From contig JAOPTW010000001.1 of the NCBI GenBank assembly GCA_051532035.1, positions 21,128 through 85,127 of the forward strand: a DNA stretch of 64,000 nucleotides, in the 5' to 3' direction. The stretch is from Fibrobacterales bacterium. Lineage in GTDB: Bacteria; Fibrobacterota; Fibrobacteria; Fibrobacterales; JAOPTW01. Under the pieces are notes generated by a model. It did no database searches, was not told where the DNA came from, and was given only the letters and a program-made list of their open reading frames with translations. Both the position numbers and the translations under genes were made by a program. This document shows positions 19,750 to 30,388 of the stretch, piece by piece. The first letter of the stretch is position 1, and each line of letters starts with the position of its first letter.

Positions 19750-20667
19750 TTAACGTTTGAGTTTTTCTAATTCGCTTTTGAGGTACTGAACCTCTTTCAT
19801 TAGGAATTCAACTTTCTCTTCGAGGCTCATATTTGATGAAGGTGTCGATGCTTGATCGTTCATAGATGTTGAACTTCTCTTACGGTTCTTTGTAATAGTA
19901 AGAGGCACTCCATATTTCGTTAAAATATCATCAAATTTTGATGTACCAGATCCTGAACCATATACGACAGACTTAACGGCTTTATTTATTTTACGGAGAA
20001 GCTTAGGAAATTTTTTATTTACTCCCATAACATACTCTTCTTCAGTGAGAGTAAGGTCAAGTGTTTTAACCCGTGGATTAACAGTTGCTTCGTAGTCTAG
20101 GATAACTTTGTCAGCGATGATTGCATCAACTTCATTATTTGCAAGTAAATCATAGGTTTCAGACATTTTAGTGACCAACTCAACCTTTGCTTTCTTAATA
20201 AACTTTTTAAGAAAGGTATTACCTGTTGATCCGGCTACTGCTGCCACATATTTACCGTTAAGGTCAATGGCAGAAAAGACGCGATTATCTTTTTTCTTAG
20301 TCATTATTCCAAGACCAGTCTTATAGTAAGGCATAGTATAAATAATGCCATCTTTTTTATTTTCTTTCACAGAAGAGATAAGGAGGTCAATACGGTCTTT
20401 CTTGAGTTTCTTTTTACCCTCTCTCAGGTTAGAAATCTCGATAATTCTAAAGCGTACTCCAAGTTTTGTAGCAATAGCTGCGGCTAATTCATATTCAATA
20501 CCTTTGAGGGTGCTCTGTTTCATTTTACCGAAAGGAGCAGTGCTACTGAGCATACCTACTGTTAAAGCATCTTTTCCAATAGCTTTAAAGCTACGGCTTA
20601 ATACTGGTGAATATGAGAGGGCAATAATAATGAGTAAAGAAATCAGGTGTTTCATTGTGTTCTCCAT
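19750..20667 (-). CDS. Amino-acid-type solute-binding protein (SBP_bac_3) with C-terminal coiled-coil tail
   Basis: APF, GIEYELA, DLNGK.VA...GST and VDAII.D motifs. No cognate permease in the window. Confidence 0.8.
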   Translation of the reverse strand: MENTMKHLISLLIIIALSYSPVLSRSFKAIGKDALTVGMLSSTAPFGKMKQSTLKGIEYELAAAIATKLGVRFRIIEISNLREGKKKLKKDRIDLLISSVKENKKDGIIYTMPYYKTGLGIMTKKKDNRVFSAIDLNGKYVAAVAGSTGNTFLKKFIKKAKVELVTKMSETYDLLANNEVDAIIADKVILDYEATVNPRVKTLDLTLTEEEYVMGVNKKFPKLLRKINKAVKSVVYGSGSGTSKFDDILTKYGVPLTITKNRKRSSTSMNDQASTPSSNMSLEEKVEFLMKEVQYLKSELEKLKR

Positions 20668-20678
20668 TTCTTTTGAGT

Positions 20679-22343
20679 CTATTTAAGTTCAGTTACACAT
20701 CTAAAGCCAATAAATTTTGCACCTTTTGATGAGGCCATATCGACGAGACGGTCTGGGTTAGTGCAACGCTCAGAAGGCATATTGTATGAACAACCTGCGT
20801 GAAAGGCAGTTGAAGCACTTTCACCGACTCCCTCTTCCACAACCCATTCTGAAACATTACCCAAAATGTGATTGAGGGTATTGCCTTGGTTAATTGAGGT
20901 AACTGCTTGAGGCTTGTCAGTAGAGTTTACAATACTTTTAGGAGCGACACTGGTTGTGCTAAACTCTTTTTTCCACTCTTCTGCTGTGGGGAGGCGTTTG
21001 TTTTTCCATTTCGCATAGGCCATTGCATTTGCATAGCTTACATTCACAACAGGATAGGTTTTATACTCTGGATTTCTAAAATAGTCTTCAATTTCAGGGA
21101 AGCCTGGATCAACAGGGTAGGTGGTGCGTGTACGGTCACAGAACTCTTTATATTCTGCATTGGTTACTTCTGATTGGTCAAAAATAAGTGCAACTTCAGC
21201 ATTTTTGGCAGCTGTTGAGTCGTAGTTAAAGCTAGGAGTGTATTCACCTTGCGTAGCAGGGCGTGACTTAGATTTTTTACCAACAAGATCAAAAGAGAGA
21301 GCTGCAGATAGGTTGAAGCCGAAAAATATTTCAGATTGCTCACCCATTACAGCAAAAGGAACGCCGGCTTGTATTGTGAAGTTGTTTGTTGCATCAAAAA
21401 TAGCTCCAATTTCCAAGGCAGCTCTAAATGATTCACTGTCTTTAACAGAACCTGCAGAATCTTGATTTGCTAATGAATAGAACCCATCCAAACCTAAGAA
21501 GGGAAGAACTGGTCCAAGAAGATATCCTGCTTGTAAATGAGCAGTAGCAACACCACCGAGTTGTTTATTGTTATCGTCTAGGTCAGGGAAGTTATATTCG
21601 TAACCAACTTGGCCAAGGAACTCTGCTCCATAAAAACTTTGAAGGGTAATGAGGTCAGCTGCAACAGAGTAGGCATTCGTTGTATGTTCATCTTCATTTT
21701 GATCACCATTTGCAAATTTAAAGTCAACATTTATTGCTGAGTTTATTGGTCGGTGAGTGTATTTAAAGCCTGTGGTAATATCCATTCTTGAAAATGCATT
21801 CTCAGCACTATCTTTGCCAATGGTAGCATAAGGGAGATGTGCATGAAATTCAATGTTCATAGGGAGACCAACGCGAAGGATGATAGGCATCATATATTGT
21901 TTACCAAGAGCATCATTTGAGTAAGTAGTGTCACCCTTTGCTTCTCCTAGTTTTCCATTATATATGCCAGTTCTATGTTGATAGGCATACCCTAATTCAA
22001 ACTGAAGGTAGCCTGGAGCTACAGAAAGATTTTCATTGAGGAATGATTTATTACGGTAAAGAAAGTCATGCTCTATTTTTTCTGTCTCATCAAGGTCGAT
22101 GTTCACCTTATATTTGGCAGACTTAAAAATAGGCTTCACGGGTTTGAGAGTAATATTATGTGTGCCCAAAACCATTTTGTCATTAATATAGGGCGTTACC
22201 TCTTGCTCTGTGATGTCGTTTAATATTACAGTAGCACTATCAGGGGTAGTGGTTACTTCGAGGGTGCCAAATCGTGGACTTGCAGCAAAAGTTTCTAGGG
22301 CAAGTAATGATGCTGTTGCGGTAATTATAGTTATTTTTTTCAC
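20679..22343 (-). CDS. PEGA + outer-membrane beta-barrel-like + FGE-sulfatase (SUMF1-like) domain protein
   Basis: Probable GTG start at 22343 gives a signal peptide. GTLEVTTTP..A.V PEGA, alternating aromatic beta-strands, EVTNAEY, PVVNVS, RLPT.EEW, GNVSEW, GFRCV. Confidence 0.75.
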   Translation of the reverse strand: MKKITIITATASLLALETFAASPRFGTLEVTTTPDSATVILNDITEQEVTPYINDKMVLGTHNITLKPVKPIFKSAKYKVNIDLDETEKIEHDFLYRNKSFLNENLSVAPGYLQFELGYAYQHRTGIYNGKLGEAKGDTTYSNDALGKQYMMPIILRVGLPMNIEFHAHLPYATIGKDSAENAFSRMDITTGFKYTHRPINSAINVDFKFANGDQNEDEHTTNAYSVAADLITLQSFYGAEFLGQVGYEYNFPDLDDNNKQLGGVATAHLQAGYLLGPVLPFLGLDGFYSLANQDSAGSVKDSESFRAALEIGAIFDATNNFTIQAGVPFAVMGEQSEIFFGFNLSAALSFDLVGKKSKSRPATQGEYTPSFNYDSTAAKNAEVALIFDQSEVTNAEYKEFCDRTRTTYPVDPGFPEIEDYFRNPEYKTYPVVNVSYANAMAYAKWKNKRLPTAEEWKKEFSTTSVAPKSIVNSTDKPQAVTSINQGNTLNHILGNVSEWVVEEGVGESASTAFHAGCSYNMPSERCTNPDRLVDMASSKGAKFIGFRCVTELK

Positions 22344-22458
22344 TGTTACTATTCTCTTCGTTTTATAGTGATAAATGTCAATAAGCACTTCAAAAATAGT
22401 ATAAAACGAGTAAATTTAATGTTAAATTCGCAAATCATCTATATACGGTTTAACTTTT

Positions 22459-23778
22459 ATGATAAAGAAAATTTCTTGGTTAGAGGGAATGGCACTGCTT
22501 CCCCATCATTTTCAGCAGGCAGAAAAGTATTATGAATCACTTATTTCTTCTAAAATTATTGCGCTTAATCCAAATTCATTTGGCTTTACTTCCTTAACTG
22601 TAGACTCTTATGCCCTTTCAAATGGGGTGTTTTCTATTCAAGAGTGCAAAGGGATTTTCCCGAGTGGTCTCTTTTTTGAGTCTAATGACGTGGAAAATCT
22701 TGTCGAATCCCGTTCAGTAGGTGAGATGTTCCCTGCAGAGAAAGAATCTCTTGATGTCTTTCTTGCTGCACCACTCCAAGAAGAAACTAAAGCAAATGTC
22801 ACTGATGACAAACAATCAAGCTCTGCGCTTTTTATAAAAGATCAAAAAGCGGTTCCCGATGTTAATACCGGATCTAACTCAAAAGCGGTCACTTATTCAA
22901 AGTTAAACTTGAAAATTGTGTTTGAAGGTGAACAAATAACGGGGTATGAGGTCTTAAAAGTTGCAGAACTTAAAAGAAACTTACAGGCTCAAATTGCGGT
23001 GAGTGATACATTTATGCCTATTACTTTGGCGCCGATAGCATCTCCGTATGTGCAGCAGAGTCTGAAAAAGGTCATTGATAAAGCTACTGAGAAACAGACG
23101 TGGCTTATCGGTCAAAATTTGGTGATGGGCGGAGAGAATCTATCCAGTTGCCTGCTTCTTTTGACACTGAATCAGTTTTTACCGGTGCTGAATAGTTATT
23201 ATATAAATTCAAATACATCGACAGAGCAACTCTATATTAAGCTTTTGGAGTTTGCCGGAGCCCTTTGTACTACCAATCCTGTAGTAAAATCTAATGAACT
23301 CCCTATTTATAATCATGCAAGTCAGCAGCACTGCTTTGAAAAGCTGTTTGATGGACTTAAAGCACTGCTCGAAGCATCAGTGGACCTACGTTATGAATTG
23401 ACAAAAATGAAACAGAGCACAGCAGGTGAGTATCAGGGTGATTTAACCAATGCAAACCCATCAATATACTCTGAAGTATTTCTTGCCATTGACTCTCCAC
23501 TTGATACCCAGACATTGGTAACTCAAGTGAAGCAGATTGGTAGAGCGGCGCCAATCGCTAAACTCAAGAGCCTTGTTGTATCGGCTCTTCCGGGAATTGA
23601 TATTGATTATGTTCTCGATCCACCACTTACAATTAGCCCTAAACCAGAAAAAACCTATTTTAAACTATCCAATACTCATCCGCTGTGGAATGAAGTGGTT
23701 GCAACTCGAATGTTTGGGCTGCATCTTCCTCCTGCAATTACTGTTACTGCAGTTGAAATTATTGGACTTAAATCTTAA
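22459..23778 (+). CDS. tssK: T6SS baseplate subunit TssK
   Basis: WLEGM.L.PHHFQQ N-terminus, YNH motif, ALPGI. Confidence 0.92.
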   Translation: MIKKISWLEGMALLPHHFQQAEKYYESLISSKIIALNPNSFGFTSLTVDSYALSNGVFSIQECKGIFPSGLFFESNDVENLVESRSVGEMFPAEKESLDVFLAAPLQEETKANVTDDKQSSSALFIKDQKAVPDVNTGSNSKAVTYSKLNLKIVFEGEQITGYEVLKVAELKRNLQAQIAVSDTFMPITLAPIASPYVQQSLKKVIDKATEKQTWLIGQNLVMGGENLSSCLLLLTLNQFLPVLNSYYINSNTSTEQLYIKLLEFAGALCTTNPVVKSNELPIYNHASQQHCFEKLFDGLKALLEASVDLRYELTKMKQSTAGEYQGDLTNANPSIYSEVFLAIDSPLDTQTLVTQVKQIGRAAPIAKLKSLVVSALPGIDIDYVLDPPLTISPKPEKTYFKLSNTHPLWNEVVATRMFGLHLPPAITVTAVEIIGLKS

Positions 23779-23798
23779 AAGAGTATAAAAGGCAGACA

Positions 23799-24416
23799 AT
23801 GAATAGTTCTTTTATAAAGCACGCTGCTCCCTTAATAAATATGGGGGTTCAGATTCAAAGCATTCAATTTGAGTCGCCAGCAAAGTTGCAAGAAGATATC
23901 CTTGAAAAAACCGAAGCATTTGTCGAAGCTGCAACAGCAATGGGGAAGAGTGGAGGTGAAATTGAAGAGGCGAAATATGGCCTCTTATCTTTTCTTGATG
24001 AACTCATTTTTAAAAACAGTAGTATTGGGTATGAATGGCTTGAATATCGCCTTATGATGAAGGTATTTAACGATCAGCTCGCTGGTGAAAGCTTTTTCAC
24101 AAAATTTGATACCTATGTGAAGGATGATACGAAACGAGATTTAGCTGAATTCTATGGGGTATTGATGCTTCTTGGTTTTCAAGGAAAGTTTCAGCTCGAG
24201 GGCCTTGAAGGGCTCCAGCTTAAAATTAAAGAGGTAACAGATCTACTGTACCCTAATGCAGAAGGGGCGGTCCCTGACCTCTCAAAATTTGCAACCATAG
24301 CTCCAGGGGCGCTCCCTCGTGAAAAAAGTGGAAAGTCGTTTCTACTCTACGCATTTGGACTGGTAATTCTCTCGGGAATTGCATATATGGCACTTCTTAC
24401 ACTCGCTCAGGTATAA
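23799..24416 (+). CDS. tssL: T6SS membrane protein TssL/DotU
   Basis: AKY....LDE, LAGE.FF, LLGFQGK and C-terminal TM helix. No OmpA domain. Confidence 0.9.
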   Translation: MNSSFIKHAAPLINMGVQIQSIQFESPAKLQEDILEKTEAFVEAATAMGKSGGEIEEAKYGLLSFLDELIFKNSSIGYEWLEYRLMMKVFNDQLAGESFFTKFDTYVKDDTKRDLAEFYGVLMLLGFQGKFQLEGLEGLQLKIKEVTDLLYPNAEGAVPDLSKFATIAPGALPREKSGKSFLLYAFGLVILSGIAYMALLTLAQV

Positions 24417-24433
24417 CAGAAATAGGAAAATTA

Positions 24434-27400
24434 ATGAAAGCGATAAAATCACTCTTTTTTTGGATCTGCGTAGGTATCATAGCTCTTGCTGTAGGTTTTT
24501 ACTTTACGGCACCTATGATGGGCCTCGAAGACTCTCTCTATAACATACTCATTTCCGCTGCTATTGCAGTCCTTGGGCTCTCAATAAGTTTTATCATAAA
24601 AATGAAAAAGCATTATAACTCTATTCAAAAAAAGAAGCCTCAGTCAAATGCTGCTGAGTGGGAGACGAGTTGGCAAAAGCCTTTGGCTGATGAAACCAAA
24701 GAAATTCTCAAGCGTATTCAAGAGGTGTATAAAAAGACCAATGTTAGTATCGAGAAAACGAAATTCTTTCTGGTTATTGGACAAAAAGGCTCAGGTAAAA
24801 GTACCCTTATTCGTGAAAGTGGCCACCATATGCGCTATATCTTTCCGACAGCTCGCGATAAACAACAGAGAAGAAAAATATTTTTTAATTGGAGTGTTTC
24901 TGATAATGCTGTCTATATAGAAGCACCGGCTGATTACCTTGCAAATGGTGATAAAGTAGCCCAAGAACTCCTCTTTTTATTAGAGCTCCTCAAAGATGAA
25001 CCGAAGAAGAAAACTCTCGATGGTATCATTGTAACAGAGAAAGTACACGATTTAGCAGATAAGGATAATGCTAAGGCTCGTGCTCAAGTTAATAGAAAAA
25101 CGGTTGAAGGAGTTATGGCTCAGATTCAACTTGAACTTCCTGTCTATGTTGCGCTCACCAACCTCGACACCCTTCCTGGCGCTAAATTATATTGTGATGC
25201 CCATGAAGAGAGTTTTTTAAATCAAAGTTTTGGTGTTTCTATTAAGCACTCTGAAGCAAAGGATACCCGGTCAGTTTTTGATAAACGGTATGGTGAGCTC
25301 CTTGATGGGCTCTATGATAATCAGATGTTTAGTATGTATTCTCAACAGAAAAAAGGCATTGCTCCTGTTGAGACATATGCATTTGTTCGCGGCCTTGAAG
25401 AACGTCGAGCTACTATTGGTGACTATGTAGAGATACTCTGTAAAAAAGGCTTGACTAAAGAAATAAGTTATTTTCGCGGACTCTATTTCACTGGTGTTGA
25501 ATCAGTTGCAAAAGATCAGCCACAAGCAGCACCGGCTGCACCTGCACTCGACCCTTTTGGAGGGGCTGCTTTTTTTGAAGACGAAGGCGCGGTTTCTGCG
25601 GCAGCACCAGAAATGAGTGCTATTGAAGAGCCGGAGCCGGTACTTGGTGGTCTCAGTTATTTTGCACATGCTTTTCTCGCGTGGGTTGAGGGTGAAAAAG
25701 AACTTGTTCGCTATCCAAAATATCGTCAAAGTAGTATGTCTCGCTCTGCTGCGCTCATCTCATTTTTATTGTTTCTTGGGGCTGCAGGCGTTGCAGGGTA
25801 TGGAGTATATGGTTTTACGATGAGTAAGGTGTTGCTGAATAGATGGGAAGAACTCGTCAATGATGCACGTCGGCTTAAGTGGAGTCAACCCAAAACAATT
25901 ATTCGAGAATTTTCAAAATATGATGGATTGCGCTTGGCAATTGAAGATATCGAAGAGAACCGATCGCTCACAATTGCTCCAGGCTTTTATCCCGATGGTA
26001 AGATTTTACCGAAAGCAGAGAAAAAACATATTGTACTTTCTCATGCCTTAACGCGAAATTGCCTTAAGACTCTCGAAAAAGACCTCAATAATAAATTGAC
26101 TGCAGGGGTCAGAGATTCTGAGAGAACTGAAGTCTATAACGATTTTAGATTGTATGCATCATTGACTACAGCAGGGAAGGGACATTATGATAAAATGAAT
26201 GTTGATTCTGTTGGTGCGGGCCTTGCAAGAAAGTGGTATAAGCTTTTAGGTATTACCCCATATACTGCTTCACAGCATATTAAAGAGACGCTGCCTTTGA
26301 ATGCGCGCCTCTATGTTCAGTACTTAATCGATGAGCGGGTGCATAAAGGAAGTAAACTCTATGTTGCAAACCCTGCACTTGTTAAAAAGGCACGGAGAGC
26401 TTTAGCTGGTGAGAGTGAAGTTGAAGCTATTTATCAAGCAATGTTAGAGGCGGGTAATAGTGCGCCAGCACTGCGCTTATCTGATCTCGGAGTTGAAGAG
26501 AATAGTATTATTGTAAACTCGGGTGAAATTCCTGCGGCTTATACAAAAGTAATGTACGATTCGGTTATCAAGCCGTTCTTTACTAAAACAAATAGTGCTC
26601 AAGGAGATTGGGTTTTAGGTAAAGATAAAGAGACGTCGACGGTAAGTAAGGATTTGGAAGAGAAAGTGATGACCAAGTATTATCGCGATTATGCCTATAC
26701 TTGGAGAAGTTTTATTAAAAATATTAAGACAAAACGGACCCCAGATCTTCAAAGGCTTTCAGAAAAGCTTATAGCGCTTGCAAGTGCATCTCAAGATGAA
26801 ACACTACTTGGTCTTCGGGCGTTTATAGAAAATGTTTCTCGAAATACAAATCTTGTGGTGGACCTATCAGGGGCAAAAAATCTTGTAAATAAAGTGAGTG
26901 GTCCTAATAAAAAGCTGAATAATAAGATGAAAATTGTGCGTCGCTATCAAGATGATATACCGGAATCGATGCTCTCTCCACAAGAGCGACTTGCAAAAAA
27001 GTTTAGTGGTTTTTCAGTACTTACAGGAGAAATTCGGGGCAAAAAGTTCGATGACTATTTTGAGGACCTTGTAAAAACATCAAAATTTTTGATTGAAACT
27101 ACAGGGAATCCAGATGAAGCGGTCACCTTTTTAGGTGAACTTTTTAAAGGAGACCGAAAGAACCCAGCAAATCATGCCTATGCGGCCGCCCAGGCTTATA
27201 TTGATGAAGTACCTGCACGTCAGCAAGATCTCCTTAAAAGTACGCTTCTTCTTATTGTAAGAGAGGTTGTTAACTCAGTGGTTTCGTATGCATCGATTGG
27301 CTTACAAGAAGAGTATGAAAAACAGGTAGTAACTAACTATGAGTCCTATTTGCAATCATCTTTTCCGTTTGATCATGAAGAGCGAGAAAAGATGGCATCC

Positions 27401-28030
27401 CTTGAAGACCTTACCTTTATTTTTGGCGGAAAATCGGGGACTTTTACGAATTTTTATAAAAAAATCTATGACTTTATAGACATGAAGAATGACTACTGTG
27501 GTTTAAGGGAGTGGAAAGGAATCTCAATGCCCTTTTCAAGTAAAGCTCTTAAAGGTATTCATAAAGCATTTAAGATACAAGAAGCACTCTTTCACCCCAA
27601 TGTTGATCGATTGAGACAATATCAATTGAAACAAAAGTTTATGGCAGTTAAAAGGGCAAACCTTGTAATGCGCTATGGTAATGAAGAGTACTCTGTTATG
27701 CGTGGCGAAGATCAAAAGGTATTTACTATGAAATGGCCTGACCAAAAACTTGAAGGCATTTCAGTTGAAGTAGAGACCGTTGACGATACTTACACAAAAA
27801 ATTACAAAGGTGTATGGGCTTTGATTTCTATGGTTAGAGATATTGGTGAGAAGCGAAATCAAAACAGTATAGAGATTAATTGGCCAATAAAAGCGAAGTC
27901 TTATTACATCAGTGTTGACGGAGAGATTCAGGTTGATCGCCGATTTAACCCACTCATTGTCAGAGATTTTTTCGTGTTACCAATAGAATACACATTGGTT
28001 GAAGAGGCGAATTTAGAAGAAAAAGAGTAA
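24434..28030 (+). CDS. tssM: T6SS membrane complex protein TssM/IcmF
   Basis: Two N-terminal TMs, Walker A GQKGSGKST, LDGIIV, LPVYV, YFRGLYFT, third TM, IPAAYT, DWVLG, FPF, GVWAL. Confidence 0.9.
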   Translation: MKAIKSLFFWICVGIIALAVGFYFTAPMMGLEDSLYNILISAAIAVLGLSISFIIKMKKHYNSIQKKKPQSNAAEWETSWQKPLADETKEILKRIQEVYKKTNVSIEKTKFFLVIGQKGSGKSTLIRESGHHMRYIFPTARDKQQRRKIFFNWSVSDNAVYIEAPADYLANGDKVAQELLFLLELLKDEPKKKTLDGIIVTEKVHDLADKDNAKARAQVNRKTVEGVMAQIQLELPVYVALTNLDTLPGAKLYCDAHEESFLNQSFGVSIKHSEAKDTRSVFDKRYGELLDGLYDNQMFSMYSQQKKGIAPVETYAFVRGLEERRATIGDYVEILCKKGLTKEISYFRGLYFTGVESVAKDQPQAAPAAPALDPFGGAAFFEDEGAVSAAAPEMSAIEEPEPVLGGLSYFAHAFLAWVEGEKELVRYPKYRQSSMSRSAALISFLLFLGAAGVAGYGVYGFTMSKVLLNRWEELVNDARRLKWSQPKTIIREFSKYDGLRLAIEDIEENRSLTIAPGFYPDGKILPKAEKKHIVLSHALTRNCLKTLEKDLNNKLTAGVRDSERTEVYNDFRLYASLTTAGKGHYDKMNVDSVGAGLARKWYKLLGITPYTASQHIKETLPLNARLYVQYLIDERVHKGSKLYVANPALVKKARRALAGESEVEAIYQAMLEAGNSAPALRLSDLGVEENSIIVNSGEIPAAYTKVMYDSVIKPFFTKTNSAQGDWVLGKDKETSTVSKDLEEKVMTKYYRDYAYTWRSFIKNIKTKRTPDLQRLSEKLIALASASQDETLLGLRAFIENVSRNTNLVVDLSGAKNLVNKVSGPNKKLNNKMKIVRRYQDDIPESMLSPQERLAKKFSGFSVLTGEIRGKKFDDYFEDLVKTSKFLIETTGNPDEAVTFLGELFKGDRKNPANHAYAAAQAYIDEVPARQQDLLKSTLLLIVREVVNSVVSYASIGLQEEYEKQVVTNYESYLQSSFPFDHEEREKMASLEDLTFIFGGKSGTFTNFYKKIYDFIDMKNDYCGLREWKGISMPFSSKALKGIHKAFKIQEALFHPNVDRLRQYQLKQKFMAVKRANLVMRYGNEEYSVMRGEDQKVFTMKWPDQKLEGISVEVETVDDTYTKNYKGVWALISMVRDIGEKRNQNSIEINWPIKAKSYYISVDGEIQVDRRFNPLIVRDFFVLPIEYTLVEEANLEEKE

Positions 28031-28169
28031 AAAGTGATGACCGTCACACTCAAAGGTGTCGGAATGTAAATTAGAATTAACACTTTCATTTTTATCTTGA
28101 TAGTTGTTATATTCTTTCATCATAAGCTGATATTATAAACATTAAGTAAAAAAAGATACGACGAAAATT

Positions 28170-29819
28170 ATGAGTGAAGCAGTAGCAGAAGAAGAAAAAA
28201 CAGTCACTGAAGCAGTTTCAAAAGAAGCAGTTGAGGCGATAAATTCTGAAGATAATTCTGAGGCCGTTGTCGATGACACTGCTCTGACTGTTGAACTCTG
28301 TACACCAATTTCAGACAGTGAACCTTGTGGAGAAGATCCAAAGTATAATCATGAATTTGAGGTTATTAAAGGTGAGATTGCAAAACCTGGTGCTCGTGAT
28401 TTTGAGGTAGTAGCTCAAAACTGTCATATTGTATTAACAAAACAAGCTAAAGATATTACCACCTTTTCATATTATATCTTAGCATCGGCAATGGATAATG
28501 GCATCGAAGATTTTTGTTCTGTCATAATCGCTTTCTCACGACAGTTAAGTGAACATTGGGAAACAATACATCCTACCCGTGAACGTGCGCGTATGAATTC
28601 GATCTCATGGCTTAATGAAGAACGTACTCTTGGCATGCTTGAAAAGGTTGAGGTTTCAGAAGCGAATCACTCTCTACTCCTTTCTGCAAAAGATGCATTA
28701 GAGAGTATTAAAACCCTCACATTCGAAAAATTCCCTGACTCACCACCATCTATTAAAGGGTTGGTACAGCGGGTAGAAAAATGGGTTAAGTCGACAAAAC
28801 CACAAGAGATAAAAGCTGATGCTCCTGCACCTACAGCAACAACCTCTTCAGCAGCAGCTCCTTCAAGTCAGGGAAGTACTCCTATGGCTGATATGGGGAG
28901 TAAGACAGATGCTCAGAAAAATCTTCAAAAAATAGCCATTTTCCTTTCAGCTCAAGAAAATTCAAATCCTTTGGGGTACAAACTGCTCCGTATGGTTAAA
29001 TGGCAAGAATTACAATCTGAGCCTAAAGCAGAAGCAGGTAAAACGCTTTTTGCCCCTCCTATTGCACAGCGTGTAAGTTTTTATCAAAACTTAGTACAGC
29101 AGCAAAATTGGGATGGAGTTATAGAAAAGTCTGAAACAGTTTTTACTGAACCGGGACTTCACTTTTGGTTTGATTTACAGCACTATGTTTGTCAGGCTCT
29201 CACAGCAAAAGGTGGAACCTATGCTCAGTGTGCTACGGCAATAAAAACAGAACTTGTTGGGCTTCTCAGTAGAGTTCCGACGCTTAAAGATTTAAAGTAT
29301 AAAGATGACACCCCGTTTGCGAGTAGCCAAACAAAAGAATGGCTTGATGAAATCGCATCCGAAGTGGGAGGAGGGAGTTCTACTCCTTCTCAAGTATCGA
29401 CTAAAAAATCTGCAGACCTCGAAACAGATATGGTAACAGCAGAAGAGATGCTTGGAAAAGGGAAATTTGAAGATGCACTCTTTTTAATTCAGTCAGGTTG
29501 TGCCTATGGAAGTTTAAAAGAAGTGTGCGAAAGAAAAACAGTTATGGCACGTATGTGCTATCAGAATAACCAGCATTTTATTGCTGACAGTTTATTGAGT
29601 GAACTTGATGAAGAAATTCAGAAAAGATCGCTCGTAGAGTGGGACTCTGACTTCTGTATAGAAGTTTGGACCCAGCATATCAAAGTACTCTCTACAATTA
29701 CCGAGATGAGTACCGTTGATGTTGCAGATAAAGAGGCTATTAAGATTCGTTTACGTAATACCTATAAACGTTTAAGTAATGTAAACCCCCTTTCGGCAAC
29801 GAAACTTAATTTTGTGTGA
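28170..29819 (+). CDS. tssA: T6SS protein TssA (ImpA_N + VasJ-like domain)
   Basis: PIS...PCGEDPKY..EF, KDI, W..IHP, FWFDLQ, L.Y.D.TPFAS..T.EWL. Confidence 0.9.
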   Translation: MSEAVAEEEKTVTEAVSKEAVEAINSEDNSEAVVDDTALTVELCTPISDSEPCGEDPKYNHEFEVIKGEIAKPGARDFEVVAQNCHIVLTKQAKDITTFSYYILASAMDNGIEDFCSVIIAFSRQLSEHWETIHPTRERARMNSISWLNEERTLGMLEKVEVSEANHSLLLSAKDALESIKTLTFEKFPDSPPSIKGLVQRVEKWVKSTKPQEIKADAPAPTATTSSAAAPSSQGSTPMADMGSKTDAQKNLQKIAIFLSAQENSNPLGYKLLRMVKWQELQSEPKAEAGKTLFAPPIAQRVSFYQNLVQQQNWDGVIEKSETVFTEPGLHFWFDLQHYVCQALTAKGGTYAQCATAIKTELVGLLSRVPTLKDLKYKDDTPFASSQTKEWLDEIASEVGGGSSTPSQVSTKKSADLETDMVTAEEMLGKGKFEDALFLIQSGCAYGSLKEVCERKTVMARMCYQNNQHFIADSLLSELDEEIQKRSLVEWDSDFCIEVWTQHIKVLSTITEMSTVDVADKEAIKIRLRNTYKRLSNVNPLSATKLNFV

Positions 29820-29852
29820 ATTTAGAACATAAACTAAAAAGGAGAGAGCGCT

Positions 29853-30377
29853 ATGGCAGGCTCAAGTTATCAAAATGAAATACCACCGGCTCGCGTCAAT
29901 ATTCAATTGAGCGTCGATAAAGGTGATGGTCAAAAAAAGATGGAACTTCCACTAAAAATGCTAATTCTTGGTGATTTCACTGGTAAAAAGGACTCTACAC
30001 GAGTTACTGACCGTGAAAAAATCAATATTAACAAAAATAATTTTAATCAAGTAATGGAATCACTCGACCTCAAAGTGAGTACTGTTGTTGAAAATAAATT
30101 AAGTAAAGATGGCGGAGATATTAAAGTAAACCTCGATATTAAAAGCATGAAAGATTTTACTCCTGCTGAGGTTGCTCGTCAGGTGCCAGAAGTTTCAAAA
30201 CTAATGGCTGCACGAAATCTTATCAGAGATCTTGGGTCGAATTTACTTGATAATCGTGAATTCCGTAAAAGAATGGAAGCGATTGTTAAAGATAAAACTG
30301 CAATGGAGAGTCTCTTAGCTGAACTCGACAAAGTACAACCACTTAAAGAAGATGCACCAGCTGCAGAAGCTGAATAG
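29853..30377 (+). CDS. tssB: T6SS contractile sheath small subunit TssB
   Basis: EIPPARVNI, ELPLK, GDF, INKNNF, DF.P..VARQVP. Confidence 0.95.
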   Translation: MAGSSYQNEIPPARVNIQLSVDKGDGQKKMELPLKMLILGDFTGKKDSTRVTDREKININKNNFNQVMESLDLKVSTVVENKLSKDGGDIKVNLDIKSMKDFTPAEVARQVPEVSKLMAARNLIRDLGSNLLDNREFRKRMEAIVKDKTAMESLLAELDKVQPLKEDAPAAEAE

Positions 30378-30388
30378 AGGAGAGTATA

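Noticed and set aside
24434..28030. Programmed slippage in tssM, as in Citrobacter rodentium
   Set aside because: The ORF is intact and I saw no long poly-A tract, only short runs.
28057..28077. TGTCGG...TAGAAT upstream of tssA as a possible WYL/PafBC-type promoter
   Set aside because: Spacer is 9 nt rather than 10 and there is no matching palindromic half-site, so T6SS control by the WYL protein is unsupported.
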